A DNA stretch of 64,000 nt from an uncultured Rhodobacteraceae bacterium (GTDB lineage Bacteria > Pseudomonadota > Alphaproteobacteria > Rhodobacterales > Rhodobacteraceae), in NCBI GenBank assembly GCA_947500775.1, contig CANMTD010000005.1, positions 132,676 to 196,675 on the forward strand, read 5' to 3'. This document shows positions 30,171-39,525 of this stretch, one piece after another. The position numbers and the translations under genes are program-made. The notes beneath the pieces were generated by a model. The model ran no database searches and was not told the DNA's origin. It saw nothing but the letters and a program-made list of their open reading frames with translations. Within the stretch, counting starts at the first letter, position 1; the number at the start of each line of letters is the position of its first letter.

Positions 30171-31592
30171 ATGGCCAAGAAGAAGCTGAAGGAAAAGACG
30201 GACAAGGCGAAGACCAAGAAAAAGGCCGACCCCAAAACCGCGGTAAAAGAGTCGAAAGCAAAGACCCCGAAGCCCGCGAAAAAGGTCAAGAAAGCCGACA
30301 AAAAGCCCAAGGTGGTCGCAGCCGCGCCTGTCCCGTCCCCCGAGGCGACAAAACCGCTGGTCTCTCCGCTTGCACCTGCGTCCTTTCCCGCGTTGCCGGA
30401 AATCGCCGGGGCGAGTTTTGCGGTCGCGCAGGCCGGTGTGCGGTATAAGGGCCGGACCGATGTGATGCTGGCCAAACTGGCGCCCGGCACCCAGATCGCG
30501 GGCGTCTTCACCAAATCGGCCACCCGCGCCGCGCCGGTTCTGGATTGTCAGGCCAAGATCGGCAAACCCGCCGCCGCCTCTGCCGGGGCCGCGATCATCG
30601 TGAACGCGGGCAACGCCAACGCCTTTACCGGCAGCAACGGCCAGACCGCCGTCACCGCCATCACCAAATCCGTGGCGCAGGCCACCAAGGTGCCCGAGGC
30701 CCGCGTGTTTTCATCCTCGACCGGGGTGATTGGCGAACCGCTGCCGCACGACCGGATCACCGCCGTGCTGGGCGACATGGCCGGTCGGCTTGCCCCCACC
30801 GGGCTGGCCGAGGCTGCCGGCGCGATCATGACCACCGATACCTTTGCCAAGGCGGCCACCACCGCAGTCGAGATTGAGGGCAAAACCATTCAGATCGCCG
30901 GTATCGCCAAAGGGTCCGGCATGATCGCCCCCGATATGGCCACGATGCTGGTCTATATCTTCACCGATGCCGCGATCCGGCAAACCCCGTTGCAGCGGAT
31001 GCTGTCCCGTCTGACCGACGAGACCTTCAATTGCATCACCGTGGATGGCGACACCTCGACCTCTGACACGCTGTTGCTGGCCGCGACCGGCAAAAGCGGC
31101 GCCCCCGAAATCAAGGACCTGCGCAGCCGCGCTGCCAAAATCTTCAGCGATGCGCTGAAAACCGTCATGCTGGATCTGGCCCATCAGGTCGTGAAAGACG
31201 GCGAAGGCGCCACCAAGTTTGTCGAGGTTTCGGTGACGGGGGCCGCAAACGACGGCGACGCCCGCAAGGTGGCGATGTCGATTGCCAATTCGCCGCTGGT
31301 AAAAACCGCCGTTGCGGGCGAAGACCCGAACTGGGGCCGCGTCGTGATGGCGGTCGGAAAATCCGGGGCCCGCGCAGATCGCGACAAGCTGACAATCCGC
31401 TTTGGCGATATTCTGGTCGCCGAAAACGGGTGGGTCGCCGAAACCTATACCGAAGATGCCGGGGCGGATTACATGAAACAGCCCAACCTGCAGATCAACG
31501 TCGATCTGGGGATCGGCCGGGGCACAGCCACCGCCTGGACCTGCGATCTGACCAATCGCTATATCGAGATCAACGCCGACTATCGATCATGA
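30171..31592 (+). CDS. argJ: Bifunctional ornithine acetyltransferase / N-acetylglutamate synthase ArgJ, with a Lys-rich N-terminal extension
   Basis: Conserved ArgJ core from VSPLAPASFPALPEIAG onward. Autoprocessing site context PDMATMLVYIFTDA. About 60 N-terminal residues are K/A/P-rich. Confidence 0.9.
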   Translation: MAKKKLKEKTDKAKTKKKADPKTAVKESKAKTPKPAKKVKKADKKPKVVAAAPVPSPEATKPLVSPLAPASFPALPEIAGASFAVAQAGVRYKGRTDVMLAKLAPGTQIAGVFTKSATRAAPVLDCQAKIGKPAAASAGAAIIVNAGNANAFTGSNGQTAVTAITKSVAQATKVPEARVFSSSTGVIGEPLPHDRITAVLGDMAGRLAPTGLAEAAGAIMTTDTFAKAATTAVEIEGKTIQIAGIAKGSGMIAPDMATMLVYIFTDAAIRQTPLQRMLSRLTDETFNCITVDGDTSTSDTLLLAATGKSGAPEIKDLRSRAAKIFSDALKTVMLDLAHQVVKDGEGATKFVEVSVTGAANDGDARKVAMSIANSPLVKTAVAGEDPNWGRVVMAVGKSGARADRDKLTIRFGDILVAENGWVAETYTEDAGADYMKQPNLQINVDLGIGRGTATAWTCDLTNRYIEINADYRS

Positions 31593-31987
31593 AAACCGTT
31601 CTTGTGTCGGCCGTTGCGCTGATTGACCTGGAAGGCCGCGTTTTGCTGGCGCAGCGGCCCGAAGGCAAATCCATGGCCGGGCTGTGGGAGTTTCCGGGCG
31701 GCAAGGTCGAACCCGGCGAAACCCCTGAACAGGCCCTGATTCGTGAATTGCAGGAAGAGCTGGGGATCGATACTTGGGCCAGTTGCCTTGCCCCGCTGAC
31801 CTTTGCCAGCCACAGCTATGATGATTTTCATCTGCTGATGCCGCTGTTTGCCTGCCGCAAATGGGACGGCATTCCCAAATCGCAGGAGAATCAGGCCTTG
31901 CGCTGGGTTCAGGCAAAGGATCTGAAAACCTATCCTATGCCAGCTGCCGATGTTCCGCTGATCCCGATCCTGCGCGACTGGCTGTGA
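31589..31987 (+). CDS. mutT: 8-oxo-dGTP diphosphatase (NUDIX) MutT
   Basis: Nudix box GLWEFPGGKVEPGETPEQALIRELQEELGI. ATGA overlap with the argJ stop. Confidence 0.85.
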   Translation: MKTVLVSAVALIDLEGRVLLAQRPEGKSMAGLWEFPGGKVEPGETPEQALIRELQEELGIDTWASCLAPLTFASHSYDDFHLLMPLFACRKWDGIPKSQENQALRWVQAKDLKTYPMPAADVPLIPILRDWL

Positions 31988-32133
31988 CCGCCGCACGCCA
32001 AATTTGCAATTCGGTACCAACTTTGCGCAAAAACATGCCCAAAAGGTCTAATTTTCGCCGAATTCGTTAGCAAATCGAAACTGTTTTTGCCTATGATGAC
32101 CAAAGCTGGTTTCAGACTGGGGAGAAATGAAAC

Positions 32134-32268
32134 ATGCTAAGGACGATTACGTTAGGGAGTTGCGTATCCGTGCAAGGTGCATTTGTACGCAATATGGAAA
32201 ACGGAAAGATTCTTGTCCGCGTTGGCAAACGTCTTTTTGAAGGTCAGCCGATCACAAAGACCGCCTGA
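32134..32268 (+). CDS. Small hypothetical protein (44 aa), below the ORF-track length cut-off
   Basis: Hand translation gives MLRTITLGSCVSVQGAFVRNMENGKILVRVGKRLFEGQPITKTA. GGGGAGA Shine-Dalgarno 9 nt upstream. Followed by a strong hairpin terminator. Confidence 0.45.
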   Translation: MLRTITLGSCVSVQGAFVRNMENGKILVRVGKRLFEGQPITKTA

Positions 32269-32287
32269 TCTGGGTCCGGATTCAAAG

Positions 32288-32323
32288 AAAAGGGACGGTG
32301 CAATCAGCACCGTCCCTTTTTAT
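32288..32323. terminator. Bidirectional Rho-independent terminator between the small ORF and infB
   Basis: AAAGGGACGGTGC-aatca-GCACCGTCCCTTT stem-loop, flanked by an A-run on the 5' side and a T-run on the 3' side. Confidence 0.65.
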
Positions 32324-32344
32324 TTGTCCACGATGATCGGTCGA

Positions 32345-34870
32345 TCAGTCGAGATTACGTTCAATCTCTTCGCGCTCAAAGATTTCGATGACATCGCCAG
32401 CGCGGATGTCATCGTAGTTTTCAAACGCCATGCCGCATTCCTGACCCGACTGAACCTCTGGCACTTCGTCCTTGAAGCGTTTCAGCGTTTTCAGCGTGCC
32501 TTCGTGGATCACCACGTTGTCGCGCAGCAGGCGCACACCGGCAGACCGGCGGGCCACGCCTTCGGTCACCAGACAACCGGCGACCTTGCCGACGTTGGAC
32601 ACTTTGAAGACATCCTTGATCTCGGCGTAACCGATGAAGTTCTCTTTGATCTCGGCGCTCAGCAGGCCCGATGCGGCGGCTTTGACGTCATCCACCAGAT
32701 CGTAGATCACCGAATAATACCGGATCTCGACGCCTTTCTGGTTGGCCGCGTTCCGCGCAGGCGCGTTGGCCCGGACGTTGAAGCCCATGACAGGCGCGCC
32801 CGACGCTTCGGCCAGACCGATATCGGTTTCGGTGATCGCGCCGACGCCTGCATGCAGGACCCGGACACGGACCTCATCGTTGCCGATTTTCTCCATCGCC
32901 TGAACGATCGCCTCGGCAGAACCCTGAACATCGGCTTTCACCAGAATAGGCAGCTCGGCGACGGTCTGGTCTTCTTTTGCGCGGGCCATCAGCTGTTCCA
33001 GCGTGGTGGCAGCCCCGGCAGCGGCGCGTTTTTCTTTCGCGGCGCTTTCGCGGTATTCGGCGATTTCGCGGGCCTGCGCCTCGGTATCGACCACATTCAG
33101 CACATCGCCCGCTTCGGGTGTGCCGTTCAGGCCCAGAACCTCGACCGGGACCGATGGTCCGGCTTCTTCCACGCGTTCACCCTGATCGTTGATCAGCGCC
33201 CGCACCTTGCCCCATTGTTCGCCGACGACAAAGATGTCGCCCTGACGCAATGTGCCGTTGTGCACCAGAACCGTGGCAACGGGGCCGCGGCCCACATCCA
33301 GCTGCGCCTCGATCACGGCGCCAGAGGCGGCGCGTTTCGGGTTGGCCTTCAGTTCCAGAATTTCGGATTGCAGCGCGATGGCTTCCAGCAACTCGTCCAG
33401 ACCGGCGCCCGTGATGGCCGAAACCTCGACATCCTGCACTTCGCCGGACATTTTTTCGACGATCACCTCATGCTGCAACAGATCGGTGCGCACCTTATCG
33501 GGGTTCGCATCGGGTTTGTCGCATTTGTTGATCGCAACGATCATCGGCACCTTCGCCGCCTGAGCGTGGTTGATCGCCTCGATCGTCTGCGGCATCACGG
33601 CGTCATCCGCCGCGACAACCAGAACGACGATATCCGTCACCTGCGCCCCACGGGCCCGCATCGAGGTAAAGGCCGCGTGGCCGGGTGTATCAAGGAAGGT
33701 CAGCACCGTGCCGCCATCGGTCGTCACCTGATAGGCGCCGATATGCTGGGTAATGCCGCCAGCCTCGCCCGCCACAACCTTGGCGTTGCGGATCGCATCC
33801 AGCAGCGAGGTTTTACCGTGGTCAACGTGACCCATGATGGTGATCACCGGCGGACGCGAGGTCAGGTCGGCCTCGTCATCCTTGACGGAATCAATCACAT
33901 CTTCGACGTCGGCGTCGGACACGCGCACGATCTTATGGCCGAATTCTTCGACAATCAGTTCCGCGGTATCGGCATCAATGGGCTGGTTCTGTGTAACCAT
34001 CATGCCCATGTTCATCAGCGATTTGACAACATCGGCAACCCGTTCGGCCATACGGTTGGCCAGTTCCTGAACCACGATGGTTTCAGGCACCTGCACATCG
34101 CGCACGACCTTTTCACGGTTTTCAACGCCGCCCATTGCCTTTTGACGCGCGCGTTCCTGTTTGCGCTTCATCGCCGCCATCGAACGCTGACGGCCACCTT
34201 CGCCACCGGTCAGCGCCTGGTTCAGCGTCAGCTTACCAGAGCGACGGTTGTCGTCACGGCCTTTGGCATTGCGGTTCGGGCGATCATCGGCGCGCGTTTC
34301 GCGTTCGCGCTCTTGCTTGCGCGGGGCGGGTTTGCTTGCGCCGCGCGCATCATCGCCAGCGGCACCGGGTTGGGCTGCTGCCGCTGCGGGGCTTGCAGGC
34401 GCACGCGCGGATTTGGCTTCGGCCTCGGCCTTTTTCTTGGCCTCGGCGGCCTCGCGCACTTTGCGCTCTTCTTCTTCGATCTTCTGCTTGGCGCGCTCTT
34501 CGCGCTCACGCTCTTCGCGTTCCTTGGCCTCGATCTCATCGCGGCGGCGCTGGCGATCCAGCTCGCGGCGCTTTTCGTCTTCTTCGCGCTGCTTGGCGTC
34601 ATCGGCCTCGCGCGCCTTTGCGGCCTGCACGGCCTTCAGACGGCGGTCCATCTCGGCATCGCTGATGCCTGCGGGGCGACGTGATGGATCGCCTCCGTGC
34701 GCACCGCCACCGGACGCTTTGCCCGCACCGGGTTTCGGCACAACAACGCGTTTGCGCTTTGTCTCAACCACAACGTTCTTCGTCCGCCCATGGCTAAAGC
34801 TCTGCTTCACCTGACCGGATCGCGGGCCGCCGCGCAAACCAAGAGTTTTTTTGCCGTCACTATCGCTCAT
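32345..34870 (-). CDS. infB: Translation initiation factor IF-2
   Basis: 841 aa. Charged low-complexity N-terminus and a GTPase core ([23 protein letters not shown]). Confidence 0.98.
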   Translation of the reverse strand: MSDSDGKKTLGLRGGPRSGQVKQSFSHGRTKNVVVETKRKRVVVPKPGAGKASGGGAHGGDPSRRPAGISDAEMDRRLKAVQAAKAREADDAKQREEDEKRRELDRQRRRDEIEAKEREEREREERAKQKIEEEERKVREAAEAKKKAEAEAKSARAPASPAAAAAQPGAAGDDARGASKPAPRKQERERETRADDRPNRNAKGRDDNRRSGKLTLNQALTGGEGGRQRSMAAMKRKQERARQKAMGGVENREKVVRDVQVPETIVVQELANRMAERVADVVKSLMNMGMMVTQNQPIDADTAELIVEEFGHKIVRVSDADVEDVIDSVKDDEADLTSRPPVITIMGHVDHGKTSLLDAIRNAKVVAGEAGGITQHIGAYQVTTDGGTVLTFLDTPGHAAFTSMRARGAQVTDIVVLVVAADDAVMPQTIEAINHAQAAKVPMIVAINKCDKPDANPDKVRTDLLQHEVIVEKMSGEVQDVEVSAITGAGLDELLEAIALQSEILELKANPKRAASGAVIEAQLDVGRGPVATVLVHNGTLRQGDIFVVGEQWGKVRALINDQGERVEEAGPSVPVEVLGLNGTPEAGDVLNVVDTEAQAREIAEYRESAAKEKRAAAGAATTLEQLMARAKEDQTVAELPILVKADVQGSAEAIVQAMEKIGNDEVRVRVLHAGVGAITETDIGLAEASGAPVMGFNVRANAPARNAANQKGVEIRYYSVIYDLVDDVKAAASGLLSAEIKENFIGYAEIKDVFKVSNVGKVAGCLVTEGVARRSAGVRLLRDNVVIHEGTLKTLKRFKDEVPEVQSGQECGMAFENYDDIRAGDVIEIFEREEIERNLD

Positions 34871-35511
34871 GTGGTCTTCGTACCTTTCACGGGGGCAGAA
34901 CCCCCATCGTTTTTGCGCACGCCCGAAAGCTTGGCTGCATCCTCTACTACACGCGTGGTGAGTCCGCCAGCCGCAAGCGCGCCATGTATCACATGTTCCC
35001 GTCCGAAAGCCAAACCCAATTCTGAGCTTGTCAGACAGCCTATAAAAGCCCCCGTTTCAGAGGGCGGTCGGAGTTTGGTTTTCCCGCGTTCCGACCCGTC
35101 GCTGGCCTGCATCAAAACCGTTGCTTCACCGGTCGCCAGCCAACCCTTTACCTTCTCAAATCCCGCCACGGCCCGTCCGGCCTTGCGTGCCAGCGAGATG
35201 CCATCGACAACCCGCCGAAGCAACCCCGCCTCGATCCGGTCAACCAGATCGTCGGGCATCTGAACCGCCCTTTTCGCGCCGCGTGCAAACAACCGCTTTT
35301 TAACGGCCAATTCCAACGCCGCGCGATCCGCAGCCACCCAGATACCGCGCCCCGGCAGCTTTTCCAACAGGTCCGGCACCACCATATCGTCGGGCCCGAC
35401 CACAAACCGGATCAGCCCCGCCTTCGGCTGCACCTCGCCCGTGGCGATGCAGCGGCGCTCCGGATCGTCGTCCCGGGTTTTTTTATGGCCACCACGACCC
35501 AAAGCGCACAT
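34867..35511 (-). CDS. YlxR/DUF448-family RNA-binding protein with L7Ae-like C-terminal half
   Basis: Contains [23 protein letters not shown]...LPGRGIWV. Conserved position between nusA and infB; ATGA overlap with infB. Confidence 0.8.
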   Translation of the reverse strand: MCALGRGGHKKTRDDDPERRCIATGEVQPKAGLIRFVVGPDDMVVPDLLEKLPGRGIWVAADRAALELAVKKRLFARGAKRAVQMPDDLVDRIEAGLLRRVVDGISLARKAGRAVAGFEKVKGWLATGEATVLMQASDGSERGKTKLRPPSETGAFIGCLTSSELGLAFGREHVIHGALAAGGLTTRVVEDAAKLSGVRKNDGGSAPVKGTKTT

Positions 35512-35524
35512 CCGAGACCTGCGA

Positions 35525-37144
35525 TCAGGCCTCGGCCTCCTCGGCGGTTTCTTCGCCGTCTACGTCATCTTCTTCGGACACCAGATCATCGGGATCGACC
35601 CAGCCCAGCTGGATTCGCGCCGTCATGACCATATTTTGCGCCTCTTCCAGCGAGACGTCAAATTTCTCAAGCACGCCTTCGTCCTTGATGCGTTCGCCGT
35701 CGACCGTGGTCCAGCCACCGGCCAGTTCCCAGTCGGCGCAGGTTGCGAAATCTTCCAGAGTTTTCACATCGTCCTGGGCCAAGGCTTCAATCATCTGGGG
35801 TGTCAGACCCTCGAATTCAACCAGGCTGTCCTCGACGCCCAGTTCGCGGGCATGATCCAGCGCCTTTTTGTTGATCGCATCCAGATGATCACGGGCACGC
35901 GCCTGCAATTCAACGGCGGTGCTTTCGTCGACACCGTCGATGACCATCAGCTCGTCGGATTCGACATAGGCCACTTCCTCAAGCGAGGTGAAGCCTTCGG
36001 AGACCAGCAGCTGGGCAAAGAATTCGTCCAGATCCAGCGTGTCGACAAACAGTTTGGTCCGCTCTTCGAACTCGGCCTGACGCCGCGCCGATTCCTCGGC
36101 CTCGGTCATGATGTCGATGTCCAGACCGGTCAGCTGGCTGGCCAGACGCACGTTCTGACCACGGCGACCGATGGCAAGGCTCAGCTGATCGTCGGGCACG
36201 ACCACTTCGATGCGCTCGGCCTCTTCGTCCAGAACCACCTTGCTGACCTCGGCCGGCTGCAGGGCGTTCACAAGGAACGTAGGCTGATCTTCGTTCCACG
36301 GGATGATATCGATCTTTTCACCCTGCAGTTCGTTGACCACAGCCTGCACGCGCGAACCACGCATACCGACGCAGGCGCCGACCGGATCGATCGAACCGTC
36401 ATAGGAAATCACCGCGATCTTGGCACGGCTGCCCGGGTCGCGGGCCACGGCCTTGATTTCGATGATACCGTCATAGATTTCAGGCACTTCCATCTTGAAC
36501 AGCTCGGCCATGAATTCGGGCGCGGTGCGGCTCAGGAAAATCTGCGGGCCACGCTGTTCGCGGCGCACGTCCTTGATATAGACGCGGATACGATCGTTCG
36601 GGCGATAGCTTTCGCGGCCGATCTTTTCGTTCCGGCGCAGCACAGCTTCGCCCCGGCCGATATCAACGATGACATTGCCGTATTCTTCGCGTTTGACGAC
36701 ACCGTTGATGATGGTCCCGGCGCGGTCCTTGAATTCTTCGTACTGACGGTCGCGTTCGGCTTCGCGGACCTTTTGCAGGATCACCTGCTTGGCCGACTGC
36801 GCCGCGATCCGGCCCATTTCCACGGGCGGAACTTCGTCGCGCAATTCGTCACCAACACTGGGGTTTTCCATGTATTGCTTGGCTTGTTCGACGGTCATCT
36901 CGGCCTGATAGTTTTCAAGCAGATCATCCTCGACCACCGTGCGCACACGGGTGAAGGTCGCCTTGCCGGTCTTGCGGTCGATGGCCACGCGGATGTCCAT
37001 TTCGGACCCGTAACGCGACTTGGCGGCACGGGCGAGGGATTCTTCCATCGCCTGTACGACCAGTTCGGGGTCGATCATCTTTTCGCGGGCCACGGCCTCG
37101 GCCGTTTGCAAAAGCTCCAGCTGGTTGGCTGAGGTGATTGCCAT
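35525..37144 (-). CDS. nusA: Transcription termination/antitermination factor NusA
   Basis: 539 aa. S1 domain, two KH domains ([18 protein letters not shown]) and an acidic C-terminal repeat region. Confidence 0.97.
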   Translation of the reverse strand: MAITSANQLELLQTAEAVAREKMIDPELVVQAMEESLARAAKSRYGSEMDIRVAIDRKTGKATFTRVRTVVEDDLLENYQAEMTVEQAKQYMENPSVGDELRDEVPPVEMGRIAAQSAKQVILQKVREAERDRQYEEFKDRAGTIINGVVKREEYGNVIVDIGRGEAVLRRNEKIGRESYRPNDRIRVYIKDVRREQRGPQIFLSRTAPEFMAELFKMEVPEIYDGIIEIKAVARDPGSRAKIAVISYDGSIDPVGACVGMRGSRVQAVVNELQGEKIDIIPWNEDQPTFLVNALQPAEVSKVVLDEEAERIEVVVPDDQLSLAIGRRGQNVRLASQLTGLDIDIMTEAEESARRQAEFEERTKLFVDTLDLDEFFAQLLVSEGFTSLEEVAYVESDELMVIDGVDESTAVELQARARDHLDAINKKALDHARELGVEDSLVEFEGLTPQMIEALAQDDVKTLEDFATCADWELAGGWTTVDGERIKDEGVLEKFDVSLEEAQNMVMTARIQLGWVDPDDLVSEEDDVDGEETAEEAEA

Positions 37145-37147
37145 ATC

Positions 37148-37717
37148 TCACTCCTCCTCGGAAGCGTCAGTTTCTATGTCGTCAAATGCGTCTTCGTCCA
37201 CGATCCCCGCCGCCTTGCGCTGGCGCAGCATTTCGCGGATCAATTCGTCGGTCAGAACCAGCTTTGCATCGCTAAGCCATTCAAACTTAAGGCCGATTAT
37301 GCCCTCTTCGATCTCGATCAGAACCTCGTCGCCTTCGGTTCCGCGCAGCTCGCCCTTGAACCGGCGGCGGCCGTCGATCATCTCGGTCGTCTCAATCTTG
37401 GCCTCATAGCCTTCCCACATGTCGAAGTCTTTCAACCGGGTCAGGGGGCGGTCGATGCCGGGGCTGGAAACCTCAAGCGTATAGTTATCCTCGATTGGGT
37501 CCTCGACATCCATCGTGGCCGATACGGCGGTGGAGATCGCCGCGCAATCATCCACCTCGATCCCGCCTTCGGGACGTTCGGCCATGATCTGCAGGGTCGC
37601 GGTCTTGCCGCCCATCAGACGAATGCGCACCAGTTCAAACCCCAACCCTTCGATCACGGGGGTCAGGATTTCGGCCAGTCGGCGGTCGATGGCGGCTTTG
37701 GCGATCAGGTCGTTCAC
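37148..37717 (-). CDS. rimP: Ribosome maturation factor RimP
   Basis: 189 aa containing [14 protein letters not shown]. First gene of the rimP-nusA-infB operon. Confidence 0.9.
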   Translation of the reverse strand: MNDLIAKAAIDRRLAEILTPVIEGLGFELVRIRLMGGKTATLQIMAERPEGGIEVDDCAAISTAVSATMDVEDPIEDNYTLEVSSPGIDRPLTRLKDFDMWEGYEAKIETTEMIDGRRRFKGELRGTEGDEVLIEIEEGIIGLKFEWLSDAKLVLTDELIREMLRQRKAAGIVDEDAFDDIETDASEEE

Positions 37718-37798
37718 GGCGACGTTCTTTCACGAATGGTTTAAAGTCTTACAAGGTCTTGGTGCCCGTTCTTTAAACTCTTGCAGGCGCAAAAGCAC

Positions 37799-37822
37799 AA
37801 AAAAACGGGCGCGCGGCCCGTT
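37799..37822 (-). terminator. Rho-independent terminator downstream of the RhuM-family gene, upstream of rimP
   Basis: The minus strand reads AACGGGC-cgcgc-GCCCGTT followed by TTTTTTT. Confidence 0.55.
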
Positions 37823-37871
37823 GATATTCATCGGTGGAGCGTTGGGGGTGGAGGCCAACACGCCGCTGTTG

Positions 37872-37911
37872 AAAGGGGATATATGGCAAAGGGGGTGAGT
37901 CTGCAAGGGGG
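37872..37911. repeat. Three spaced copies of an AAGGGG(G) motif in the RhuM 3' untranslated region
   Basis: aaagggg at 37872-37878, caaaggggg at 37887-37895 and gcaaggggg at 37903-37911, with a period of about 16 nt. Confidence 0.3.
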
Positions 37912-37918
37912 CTGAATT

Positions 37919-38962
37919 CTATCGGCGGCCTTTGGGTAGTTTCCTGGCCTCTTTGGCCAGTTCGGAAATCTGTTGATCCGCCTCATTCTGACGCTCGATT
38001 TTGCGCGCTTTTTTGAACATTTCATATTGCCGCTGAGCGTGCCAATCTGCATCGCTTTTCAATACGGTACCACCGTCCCGTAACACGCCCCGACCCAAAT
38101 TCGATAGATTCTGGTCAAGTATTTTCCGAGCATCCGCCATGGTAACCAAGCGGCCCAAATCCAGTTGGTCCTCAAAAATATCCAACAGAATTGTCGTAAG
38201 CCGGTTCAATTCTTTAATTTCCGGTTCTGCCAGATAATTCTTGGAAATCGTCACATCGCCTTTTCGGATATTGTCATTTGGCCAGGATTGCAGGCCCATG
38301 TTGTCTGCGTGGTGATCCGCGCGTGACTGGATAAGTTCGGCGGGCGTTTGGGATACGGCCCCATAGATAAGTTTCGCTTGGGTATGCTTGTAGAATTCAA
38401 CGGCCTGCTCGGACCCCGCTACATAGTCCTGACAAAGCGTACATATCTGTTTGAGTTCGCGGTAAACATTCGCCTCGTCCGACCGAATATCGCGAATAAT
38501 TTCTCGAAGTTCGCGCACGCGATCAACATTGTCGGCATCCTTTAACCGTACCGAATCGACGACGAAACCCTTCTTGGCAAACTGCACCAATATGCTGGTA
38601 GCCCAGCGCCTAAAATTAGTCGCTTGCGCAGAAGAGGCCCTGTAACCAACTGATATTACTACATCTAAATTATAAACTGTTGCCGGGCGCCGAATTGTTT
38701 GCACTTTTTGCAAAGAATTATTTTCATCCAACTCCCCTTCCGAAAAAATATTAGCGATATGTCTAGAGATAGTTGAAATATCTTTTCCAAAAAGCTCCGC
38801 AATTTGAGCCTGCGTCATCCACAGCGTGTCACCCTGATAGCGGATATCAAGCCGCATTCCCTTGTCGGTCCCATATACCAAAAACCGGTCACCGGTATCT
38901 TCATCCTCAACCAAGTGAACCGGTCCTTCAGTCTTGTCATTCATGCAAGTCACCTGCGCCAA
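37919..38962 (-). CDS. RhuM-family (virulence protein RhuM-like) protein
   Basis: Contains LWMTQAQIAELFGKDISTISRHIANIFSEGELDENNS...YNLDVVISVGYRASSAQATNFRRWATSILVQFAKKGFVVDSVRLK, matching the hallmark RhuM N-terminal block. Start may be the Met at 38944 (MNDKTEG). Confidence 0.8.
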   Translation of the reverse strand: MAQVTCMNDKTEGPVHLVEDEDTGDRFLVYGTDKGMRLDIRYQGDTLWMTQAQIAELFGKDISTISRHIANIFSEGELDENNSLQKVQTIRRPATVYNLDVVISVGYRASSAQATNFRRWATSILVQFAKKGFVVDSVRLKDADNVDRVRELREIIRDIRSDEANVYRELKQICTLCQDYVAGSEQAVEFYKHTQAKLIYGAVSQTPAELIQSRADHHADNMGLQSWPNDNIRKGDVTISKNYLAEPEIKELNRLTTILLDIFEDQLDLGRLVTMADARKILDQNLSNLGRGVLRDGGTVLKSDADWHAQRQYEMFKKARKIERQNEADQQISELAKEARKLPKGRR

Positions 38963-39119
38963 CGCCTTGAGAACATATTAGCAACAAACGGGTGGCGGTG
39001 GAAGCGCTTCGTCAACCCGAGAGGAAATAGTCCAAAACTGCAAAGTGATGCGCGCTGACAGCGCAGATATTCCCGGCTAGGCTCCTCCGATATTTCAAAC
39101 CACTCCATAGGAGCCGCAA

Positions 39120-39518
39120 ATGTCATTGCCCCCCGACGCCATCAAAACCAATGCCGCCGATTACGCCGCCGCCTGGAGCGGGGGCGATCCGCAGGCGGTG
39201 GCCTCGTTCTACGCCGAGGACGGGGTGATTTCGATCAACCGGGGCGATCCGATCGCCGGGCGGGCGGCCGTGGCCGAGATAGCGGCAGGTTTTTACGCGG
39301 AGTTTCCCGATCTGGTGGTACATCTGGACCACCTGCGGATCGCGGGCAGCCATGTGATGTTCGGCTGGACGCTGGAAGGCACCCATTCCGAGACAAAGAA
39401 TTTCATCCGGGTCCCCGGGTGGGAGGAATGGGAGCTGGACGCGGCGGGCAAGGTCACGCAGTCGCGCGGCTGGTACGACGCGGCGGAATACGACCGCCAG
39501 ATCGCCGAAGGAATATAG
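39120..39518 (+). CDS. SnoaL-like / NTF2-fold protein (ester-cyclase-like)
   Basis: 132 aa containing YAAAWSGGDPQAVASFYAEDGVISINRGDPIAGRAAV and FPDLVVHLDHL, typical of the SnoaL-like family. Confidence 0.75.
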   Translation: MSLPPDAIKTNAADYAAAWSGGDPQAVASFYAEDGVISINRGDPIAGRAAVAEIAAGFYAEFPDLVVHLDHLRIAGSHVMFGWTLEGTHSETKNFIRVPGWEEWELDAAGKVTQSRGWYDAAEYDRQIAEGI

Positions 39519-39525
39519 GCCGCAC

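Larger units (their letters stand above)
37823..39119. other. AT-richer single-gene islet (probable horizontally acquired insertion) carrying the RhuM-family gene
   Basis: Composition is visibly more A+T-rich than the rimP and SnoaL-like flanks (for example ttttgaacatttcatattg, ctaaattataaactgttg). Boundaries are approximate; no integrase, tRNA or clear direct repeats were seen. Confidence 0.5.

Noticed and set aside
34200-34650. Repetitive charged (K/E/R/A) coding tract that might be a tandem repeat or a low-complexity insertion.
   Set aside because: It is the normal, poorly conserved N-terminal region of IF-2. The frame is continuous with the GTPase core, and no exact DNA repeat unit is visible.
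32177-34684. 835-aa plus-strand ORF, among the longest in the track, plus similar long ORFs at 35441-37132, 27443-29104, 57460-58953, 61989-63662, 49241-50911 and 20429-21274.
   Set aside because: Each lies antisense to an unmistakable conserved gene (infB, nusA, secA, argG, maeB, the ABC exporter, dnaK). Their translations are Arg/Gly/His/Asp-rich low-complexity strings with no recognisable motifs. Long stop-free antisense frames are expected in high-GC DNA.
37823-39119. Possibility that the RhuM islet is a defined mobile element such as an IS, a MITE or an integrative element.
   Set aside because: No transposase or integrase gene, no terminal inverted repeats, no flanking tRNA and no convincing direct repeats could be found by eye. 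It is therefore reported only as a compositionally atypical islet.
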